Assembly (NCBI RefSeq): GCF_000150275.1
Contig: NW_002060949.1
Coordinates: 5,017,006-5,081,005 of the forward strand
DNA length: 64,000 nucleotides
Direction of reading: 5' to 3'
Source: Trichoplax adhaerens
Taxonomy: Eukaryota; Animalia; Placozoa
Shown: positions 54,201-64,000 of the stretch, piece after piece
Numbering within the stretch: position 1 is the stretch's first letter
How the letters are laid out: each line of letters starts with the position of its first letter
The notes under the pieces: model-generated
What the model saw: the letters and a program-made list of their open reading frames with translations, nothing else
Told to the model about the DNA's origin: nothing
Database searches by the model: none
Program-made: the position numbers and the translations under genes

Positions 54201-57200
54201 AAGCGGCTCCCCTTCTTTCGCCATATTGACCGGATTCAAATAGCTAATTATTTCAATTAGTACAGCACAGTATTACAACACTGAGGTTCTTGTTAACACA
54301 TTCGCATGCAGGCAAGAACATTATACTATCAAACCTGTTGTAACATTCTCTTTATTAGATCTGGAACTTTATGTTTGACAGCAGGTATTACAGGAGGCAA
54401 ACAATTAGCTACCGCTTGTTGAACCTTACGTTAATTAAAACAGTAAATTAAAATCTTTAATGAGTGATATTTGCTAAAGCAGATAATTATCATGAAACTA
54501 CTTTACATTTAAAAATTCGATTAAGAGAGCATATTTACCGGCTGCGAGGGAGTTGACAATGTGTCCAAAAGTTTATCGATGATGGGTAACATCTAAAAAT
54601 TTTTAAAAATTATAATCATTATCAATTTACGAATCCAAAATAGAGACGAATGCGTACAAAAATGAAGTCAGCAACATACCTTAGGATCATCCTTATCCAA
54701 ATGTTTTGCTAGAGAGCCCATAACGACAACAACAGCTTGCCTAATTGCATCTTCAGCGGAAGTATTAGGAGCGTTATCAAGGTAACTTTGCAACGTCGGC
54801 AGTAAGTTCCCTACAACAGCCTACAATATATGTATTGTTACCATCATCTTTTATCATTAGGCTTATCTCTACGCCAATTAGGGTTAATATACTCATAAAA
54901 CATTGCTAATCTGACAGAAGCGTCACGGCAATATTAGTTCTATATTTACATATTAGGGACAAACCTTGCCATGCTCATTTATAATTGCTAATGCAGCGTC
55001 AAGCATATGCTTTCTAACATTTTCATCGCGATCACCAAGACTCAAGGGGACGAAAAAATTAAATATATTTGATACCTGTTTGAAGTTCGAAATGTTAATT
55101 GATGATGGAGAGAAAACACAACCATACTTAATGTAACAGCAAACAATAAGCTATGCTTTACATGATTTTTGCTCATCAACGGAGCCATCAATTCTATAGT
55201 TTGGCCAAGGCCACATCTTGCACGCCATTTATCTTTAGGTTCTTCATCATTTCTACGCCCCATAAGGTCTCGAGTTGGTTGTATAAGCTGAAAAATGTGA
55301 AGTAATTATTTTAATACTGATATTAACTTACAATTGAATTATGAGTAAGTGTACCTACAATTAGATTCTTATCATATAATTCCAAAATTTGCTTAATGAC
55401 AACATCGATCTGATCTGGATACTTGTTCACGGCAGCAGTGACAGCCATAGAACTGATTTTTCTGAGCATTTCATCATCATTAACTACAAACTCGAGTAAA
55501 GTCGCGCAAATACCAGGCTCTAAAGAAAAATCTAGATCCTCCCATAATCTGTCAAATCATAGAACATTTAATTCATTTTAATCTTAACACGTTTTCTAAA
55601 TAAAATTAGTTACCTTTTCGAAAGATTTGCAACGTCTTCATTGGTATCAAATCTCAATACCCAAATGGATTTCAAGAAACTTGTACAACGCAGGCGAGCA
55701 TCATCGGCGGAAATGTTTACCGATTTTAAATCTTTAAGGCAACATAAGGTACAAGTCATGCCTAGAAGACCGGATAACACAGATTTTCTCAAAATAACTT
55801 CCGGTGACATTAACCCCAATAGCAGGACATCAAGTTGCTCAGCTGTAACGTTTCGATAACAATTTTCATCGCCAAGAGTGCTACACAATCGCTCCAAACT
55901 ATCGCATGCTACTCGCTGCACGAAATTTCATGTTAAGTCAAAAAATTGTTGGATCAAGTAAGTTAAGGTTAATATTGGACAAATTTACCTGTAAGTTAAC
56001 TTCTTGAATTCCACTGACGGGTAAAGCTATGAAATCTATTAGAAGGGAAAGCATATCATACGATGGAAGGAATTGTGGATCGTCCTGTAAGCAAACCCAG
56101 TTTTTTCAATAATGATTGTTAGTCTTATACACAATAAGATAGGGCTTGTAAAATATTAGAATATAATTATATGATATAAAAAGAACGTACCTCACTAACA
56201 GTACTTGATTCGGTTGTAGCTCGGCTAATGCGAAATTGCGAATGCTCACATATAACTGCCAAAGCTCGTTCCAGTAACTCGTTACTTCGTTCTATTGTTG
56301 TTACAATATAACGTAGTAACGGAAAACAGTAAGAAAATGCATAGGTTGATAATTTCTTATTGATTTGTACGGTGTTGTGACCACTATCCTTAGTAGATAG
56401 TCTTTGATATAAGCGTTCCATTGATAAACGAATATGTGATTTAATATCAATCATTCTCCATTCACTGTCTAGGTTCGTATCAGATTCCGTAATACGAATA
56501 GTACATGATATTACAGTATCAGCTGTAATTCAGGCATAAACAAAATGTTAGTATAAAATACAACCGTCTCATATCTAGCTAGATTAGAAACAGTGCGAAA
56601 GAGCAATAAATAAAAATATATAAATTTACCCAGGAGTGTATCTTCACGATTGGTAAAAGCACAAGTACGAAGTTTATAACATAATATTTTCGCATATGAT
56701 TTGGCAATGGGAGATTGAATTAGAGATAATAACACCGGTAGTAAACTAGATACATGACGTTGCAAGCAGCCTGGATTTGAATTGATGATGGACTCTAGTA
56801 TCTGCGAGGACCTTGTAAGCGATGTATCTAACTGTGTGCATTAATGTGAGAATAATAATTATTCTTATGATACCCTGTGGTACGTAATTGCAAGGTACCA
56901 AGTTGTAAGCTTATCGGTCTTTATGAAACTTACCGATTTTAGTCTTGCACGTATTTCAGATTCTTTCTGTAACTGTGCTTTCATCAGCTCACGTTGTTTA
57001 CTATCTAATGCTGCCATGCCAGATTCTTTATTGCCTTTTCGCTTACTGATTTCCTAAGATACAAGGATGAGGTTCAATATCGCACTATCAAAGCTACCAA
57101 CACTGAAATAGCGGATTTTCTTTACAAGCATTATAATAGAAGTAGTACACTTACACGTCTAATTTCATCATCCATTAATTGATCTTCATACGAATACGCT

Positions 57201-60200
57201 TTCGATTCTCTTTTGACATTTTTTGCTCTACTATCGGCATTTAAGCTATAGAATTACAGTCATCAACATCATTTTTTGTAATTATCATTTGGTTTTTTGA
57301 AAGCAAATTAAAAATTTCGACGAAAATAGTAATAACCTTGCGATCAAATTTTGATTCGACAATTCTCCTTCAGGACATAAAAAAATTTTGTAATCTTCGT
57401 CCGAAATATTTAGCAAAGCCTCTTGGTTGAAATCTTGCAGAACATTATTAACCATTGCATCGACAAATTGACTTCCAACAACTTTAGAAAGAGTTTCTAT
57501 GACATTCCTGACACCCTATCATAGTAATACTGTATTACAAACTGGTAAAAAGGTAGCATATTAAAAGAAATAAAAATAAAACTGAACCGAAAAAGAATAC
57601 CTCAAACGACGTACGACTTTCCTCCATCATAGCAATAATTTCACCTAATCGACTTTGGACACATTCCTTAGCAATTACACCATTACTTTTTAATAGCTTT
57701 AACCAACATCGTCCGTCAACTATAGCTAAAGGTAAAGTATGAGAATTTCTATAGCGTGATAGCAATAACAGTGAATTATATGAACCGATGACTTCTACCT
57801 ATATCGGGTTCGTGAGTATCAATCAAGATTTTGACTGCTAGTTCTTCATTAAATTGGTTACTAAGGTGTGCAGTTGCTGATGCTTCAAAAATTGTTTTAA
57901 GAGCAAAGACGAATATTTTTCTAGTCTTTTCCTGATTGCTACTACCTTCCTCTTTAGACGTATCAGTCTATACATATATACACATACACATATAAATCGA
58001 ACATACAGCCTAAGTAACTAATTAACTTGACATTATTAATACATATAAGATTTCCTAATATTTCAAACCTTCTGAGATAAGCAAACTCTATAATGTTCTC
58101 TAAAGCATTGTAGTAGACAATCCAGTACATGAACTCCATTTAGAGTAATAGACTTCAAAATGGTTACGACATCTCTTGCTCCTTTACGGATTGCCCAACT
58201 ATCATGTGTTAATCCATGAACAATGACGCTAGCAAGTGGGCTTTAAGCAAAAAATAATAGCACATATTGAATTACTTCCAGATTTACCCAACTAATAGGT
58301 ATAAACAGTAGTGTCAAAGAACAAATAATGTTCCTTAGTATTAACCTTAAATTTTCTGCGGTTAGTTTAGAAGAGTGACATTTCAGGAGTATTTCAACGA
58401 ATTCTAATACTAGTGCTAAATCTGTAAATAATGAGAAATTGTTATCAAACAAAAAAATTTCTAATCTAGTATTAGATAAGAGCTGCATATTAGTATCTAC
58501 TACCTTCGTCACTACAATTGTTCATGAATTTATCGGAAGTAAATAGTTTGGAATTTGCATTAAGCACAGCTGACCAAAATCCAGTAAAATCGCAATCTAT
58601 ATTAAGTGTTTCATAACATCAGAAATTCAAATATTTTCCTTTGTATTTTTAGCTACATCCTAGTACAATTTACCTGACGCTTGTCCAGCTACACTTAACT
58701 TGCATAAAATAATGGCAGCTATTAAACCCTCTATTCTTGATGGTTGTTGACTAATTTGGGAAGTACACTTACTAAAGACCTAGTAAAGTTGACATCCAAC
58801 ATTACTCTTTTCATAAAGCATAGCAAAATCTAATCACAGTTTTAATACCTCTAGAATAGAACCTAGTACTGGAGCTCCGTATTTAAGGCAATCACCTTTA
58901 TTTTCAAAGGCATAAAAATGAAGGTTATACTCGACCTTACTTCAAACAGACAGTCAATAATCAAAATTGTATCATTGATGCAACCATTTCTAACCTTTAA
59001 GGCATTTAGCTAAGAATTTCAAATAAGCAACACGTACGGTAGGTGTCGAGGCTTTATCAAGTGATCCATTCTTTAACAGATCAATTTAATCATTTAAGTA
59101 TAGAATGTAAATAAGATTTGAAATAAATCAATCCTAGCATCTTAAACGGTACCTTTAAATATTCAAACAGAAACTTGGGTATTTCCGAAGTAATTGCTTC
59201 TGCCCATAAATTTATCACCGATATTGCATATATGTGCGATCCTTCATGAGCTAAACAAATTTGTTGCATTGTATTAAAAAAATTGCAACGTTTAATGAAA
59301 ATGACAGTATCCTATTCTTACTTTCTTGCTTTGTATAATTTACGAGCTCTTGGCAAGCAAAGATAGCCAACTCTTCTTTTTTAGAGCTACCACTAACACT
59401 GTGATAACTTATACATCGGAGGCCTGTAATTGTATTGTTGCCATATCACAAACATTAAATAGTTTTATTTAATACCTAGCAATACCGTACATAATTATAT
59501 CATCTTCATATTTTTAATAACCTTCTAAAATAGATACACGTTGTGTCCAAGCAGTTATTTTTCCTTCAGAACCTAAGACAAGAAATATCATGAGAAACCA
59601 ATGGTAACTTCGTAAGTTTACGTCAATTTACAAAAAGGTTCAACATAAATAAAAAGTGTTTTATATGTATCAAAGATACTGTCCATCTTTTATGTTATAA
59701 AACCAATCTACCTTTCAATATTGATAACAAATAGTTAAAAAAACTTTTTGTAGCACCAGAGTCTGTACACTGGCGAATAAAATTTTTAATCATCAACGAT
59801 GCTTCTTTGCAAATTTCTTGCTTGGATGAACGGAGCGCAGCTGAATAAAATATAGTAAAAGTAATTAGCTACTAATTTTATACAATTGAATGTTTACAAG
59901 AGTACAATGACTTATAGTTCAGCTTACAGGCGGTAATTTTGGAAATGTCCATCAGATATTGACTTAGATCAATTCTGACCGAATCGAATAAGAATGGCAT
60001 ACCTGCGATCGAAATATAAAGTGTAAGCGTTATTACAGATATAAGTCTAATCTAAAACTATGTTATGGCTGTCAAATTTTTGAAAAGATGAAGTTTAATA
60101 TCACACATACATATAATAGCAACATCGAGGTTACGTAATGCAGCTTTTTGGACCGCTGGAAGGACCTTTTCTTTAAATTCAGCGTGATCGATATTATATA

Positions 60201-63200
60201 TTAAGTACTTTGTCCAGATCTAACAAACGTGCGGTAGAGAGAAGGTAACAGATTATTATAAACTCTTTGTATATCTGTAGACGATAGTTAGTAAAAAATA
60301 CTGTACAATTTATTACGGAAGCAATTTCAACGGAATTAAAGTAAATAATATTTGTAGTAGCAATTTGATAAATGTAATAAAAGTAACATAGCAGTCTTAC
60401 CAAGATGTGTCTGGGAGGGACAGTTTTACTATTAATCACTGTTTTCAAGAATAGATTGAGCAGTTGTCCCTGAATATTACAGAAAACATATTACCGAAAT
60501 TACTGTAAGATGTTATAAATTAACATACCAATTCATTCAACACATCTATTACAATTACTGTAAGATAAGTAAAATGTTGACTTACTTTATACTTCGAAAT
60601 AGTCCCATTATCACGTAAGGATATCAAATACTTTAAGATCACCCCTAACATACTGAGGTAGTACTGTGGAGTGGGAAATTGTAAATTTATTCAATAATTT
60701 TTCAATGTATTAGATAATAGGACTAATGCACAGTCTTTGCTATACTTTTTACCTGCTCACCATCAAGGTTAGTGATAACGTCTAAGTATACAGTCGCTAA
60801 CTCTGGAAACTAGATAAATAAAACGACAATCGCATGATATAATCCCATTACGGCTTCATAGCACTAGTATGGAGTTCTGTCATTGGTAGATAGCAAAATC
60901 ACATTTAATATCTTCACTCTGAAAATTACCAGTTTAAAATTATTGACCAAGTATCTATTCGCCACGTTTACTAGTCTTTCATTATTGCTAGAAAGAACGA
61001 AATCCAATAGCTGACTCTGCATAACGATCTATGATTGAAATATGAAATAGGGTCATAATTCAAACGTTATATTATGTAAGTCACATAAGAACTAAAAGAG
61101 TAAATTGGATGAGATAACCGTTCGATATAACGTACAAGTTTATTCAGTGCAGGACTGGTAAATGTTTTAGATGAATTGAATACTGTACGCTGTATGATGC
61201 AGAGCCAATTTAGCATTATTAATACCTCCCTAGACGTTGATGTGCTATAAAAAGTAAAAGTAGTGTACAAAATTCTTAGCAAATTCTACACTTACGATTT
61301 CTGTATGGATACGTATATTGATTGATATCAATATACTCAAGACATTAACGAAGACATATTCCTTATGAGTTAATTAATAACTTACGTGCTTAGGCGACCA
61401 AGAGTGAATGCAGCTTCTTGCTGTAATAGTGGTAACAAGCACTTGATAGCCAATTTAGCTATTGAGATTAAAATAAATTGATAGTCATTAGCTTCCGTTG
61501 AGAGATACGATTAGATGTCACTCTAGGTGTACATGTAAGATAATTATTCCATAGAATGATAGATATTATACAACTCACATACTCGAACAAAATATCATAA
61601 TTACATTATCCTGTTGTAACTACTATAAAATACTTTAAATCACTTGAAATAATACAAAAATGAATTTCTACTTGCATCATAACTGTACACAATGCAATAG
61701 CAATTAATGCTATATAACTTCAACTTTACCAGTCAATTGTTAAGCCTATATGGTACTGAATATAAAATATATGTAACGTATTTGCTGTATCAAAATAGAT
61801 AACGCATTCGTTAGTATACTGTATTGTAAGCGTTACTTAAGTTGTCACAGATATGATGCTAATATTGCAAAAGTAACAATACGTCGATTACGTTTGTAAC
61901 AGTTTACATCAATTAAATATTTTTAGAGATATTTGAAACTTAAGAAATTTACCATGAGATCCAGCCAAGGTATGTATGACACCAGCAACTTTTAAGCGAT
62001 TTCTCCGAAGTCTTTTTTAAAATAGTAAACATGTAAAAGGAGCAAAGGTAAATTATCTATTGAAGATATACATGATGTAACAAAGTACCCTATTCAGTAA
62101 TAATATAATTATTATTAAAAAAGGAGATTACTAATGTATCGTAGGATAACAAGCAATACATAGTTTGAGGTAGGTGAAGTGAAATTTTCAAGAGATTAAT
62201 TTACCGAAGATTTCTCACAGACAGCATGAGATGATAGCATATTTGTTTGACTGCATCTTCTGGTAAATCTGTCATAACGTGAAAGCCAAATTTGAAAGTT
62301 AAGTACAGAGAATAATTGATTGGCTGTAATAAACGCAGTAGGCACAAAACTAGTGCGTCCAGTAGCAATGGCAAAATTGATTAAAACAAATAGGGTAGAA
62401 TAGTTCAGTCCATGATTAAAGAGCTAGTATTTCAGATTATTGTATTTCTATATTCTATCTAACGTAGTATACTGAGAAAATGTTTTACGACATGTACTCG
62501 TATATACGCGTATGCACTGAATTTATAGTACTCCATTTTTGCAATCAGTGACTATCTGGATAGAAAATCATGGTCACAAAGTTACTTTTCTGCTTTAATG
62601 TACGTTTGTATGCAAATGATACAATGTATTTAGTATCTCTGTATGAAACTGAAGTAACATTATTAGCTTCTCAATATTTGATCCTTTTTCAGCTGCAGTG
62701 CGCGTATTATATGTTAGTCTACTCGTACATTTAATCTAGAGTAGTGTAGTAATGAAAAGGTTCAGCAATATAATCCATGTATCGAATTTATAACACTAAG
62801 ATTTTGCAGGCAAATAACCATCGGGATAGAAAGATATAGTGATGAAGTCGTTTTTTTCTGATTTAATATACGGTTGTACTTTAATTATGTAATGGAATTA
62901 CTGTATCTATTGTAGAACACCAACATCGTATTAGCACATTGCTTCAATATCTGATCTTTTTCAGCTTTATTACATGTCTTTTAACCTCCATAGTATTACT
63001 TTTATCATAAAATCACACATAAAGCTGCTATAAAGTCTTTTTTCTGCAATACACAGACGATTCCTAGCATTAGCTGATGCCTACTATCGTTATCCATTCT
63101 ACGGATAAGTATCAATTCAAAAGTAGAACATTACCCTTGTTGGCAAAGTAAGCAAGGATTGTATTATTTCGGAATAGGGCATGTTGGAAAGCTGCCGATG

Positions 63201-63365
63201 ACATATTTTCTAACATCAAGACATTTTCCTGAGTTGGCAATCGATGTCGATGTACAAAGCAAAAGAAGAGAGATTATTTATTTCATTCCTATGCAGTGAC
63301 AATGCTGGATCGATCAACCATGACTGTAATCAGTATTGCAGTCTTACCTTTTCTGTATTGGCCAT
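48284..63365 (-). CDS. GCN1: GCN1 (eIF2-alpha kinase GCN2 activator, HEAT-repeat ribosome collision sensor); apparently complete, dozens of short exons
   Basis: The first exon MANTEK (63365-63348) is followed two exons later by [11 protein letters not shown]. Conserved segments include [107 protein letters not shown] and FVPQLQTTF. Stop TGA at 48286-48284. I did not check every internal junction. Confidence 0.95.
62650..62970. repeat. Short degenerate direct duplication in GCN1 intron 2
   Basis: TCAATATyTGATCyTTTTCAGCT at about 62670 and about 62944, with similar upstream context. Confidence 0.55.
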
Positions 63366-64000
63366 CACTGGTTTATGGGAAAATGTGAATTCAAAATTCA
63401 ATTTTCCAGAGTATTTCTGTATACACGAGCAGCTTCCGCTGTGTATTTCTTAAGAATCTTTGATGAGTAAAATGGAAAAAATTAATTTTACATACGAGTA
63501 GAATTGCAAGTTGATCAGCTGACTGCGCTAGTAGCCATGCTGTATCCCAGATCTATTTCATACTTGATTTGTATACGATCGTTGATAGGGCTGGTGGTCA
63601 ACACCTCGTATAGTTATCTCAAGTTTTTACTGAATTATTCATCCAATACAGATGCTGCTTACCTTCGCTTTCGTTAGTATAATAATCAACAAGAAGAGTC
63701 CAAGTGGTTTTAAAATTAGTTTGCAGGCCTCGACAATCACTTTGGATCGCTTTCCTTTCAGCAAGGTCCTTGCTGATTGTTCCCCTAGAATGTACAGTAC
63801 AGGACAGTATAGGTTTAGACTGTACACTGTACAGAATGCATGACCATGCTTTGGGGGTAGCGAAAGGGTGGCCAGACCACTGTATTCTATTCTCATACGT
63901 ACACTCGTTCAGCATGCATTATCACAGTACTGGTATAGACTGTCGACTACTGTTCAAGCCTAGTACCATCGTCTATACTCTAGCATACAGTATAACACCA

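Noticed and set aside
50249-55859. Plus-strand ORFs (50249, 51775, 53406, 55641)
   Set aside because: These are antisense shadows of GCN1 exons.
62839-62861. GTGATGA...CTGA C/D-box-like pair in GCN1 intron 2
   Set aside because: Only about 23 nt long and antisense to the host gene, so not a plausible snoRNA.
63619-63915. Overlapping ORFs upstream of GCN1
   Set aside because: No homology signal; they lie in a CAGTA-rich promoter-like region at the window edge.

Overview
Eukaryotic, AT-rich, intron-dense animal DNA. The compact GT-AG introns and gene style suggest an early-branching metazoan such as a placozoan, but this is inference only. There is one N gap at 33377-33619. I reconstructed nine protein-coding genes by reading splice sites by hand. 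Three are paralogous 8-exon ANL-superfamily acyl-CoA synthetases of the 4-coumarate-CoA-ligase-like/firefly-luciferase-like clade (+ strand, ending GKA*, SKL*, CKL*). The singletons are an intronless adenosine kinase (-), a C6orf89/BRAP-like type II membrane protein (+), a TMCO6-like importin-alpha-related ARM gene (-) and a complete GCN1 (-). The last two are paralogous 3-exon genes (+), fragmented in the ORF track, that encode a signal peptide, two tandem 8-Cys Frizzled/Smoothened-like cysteine-rich domains and a GPI-type tail; these are the most novel element. Other points are differential peroxisomal targeting among the synthetases (with a possible cryptic readthrough tail), CAGTA/TACTG palindromic arrays and inverted repeats in a divergent promoter region, many degenerate tandem duplications, and a GC-AG intron. 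I recognised no rRNA, tRNA, CRISPR array or transposase.
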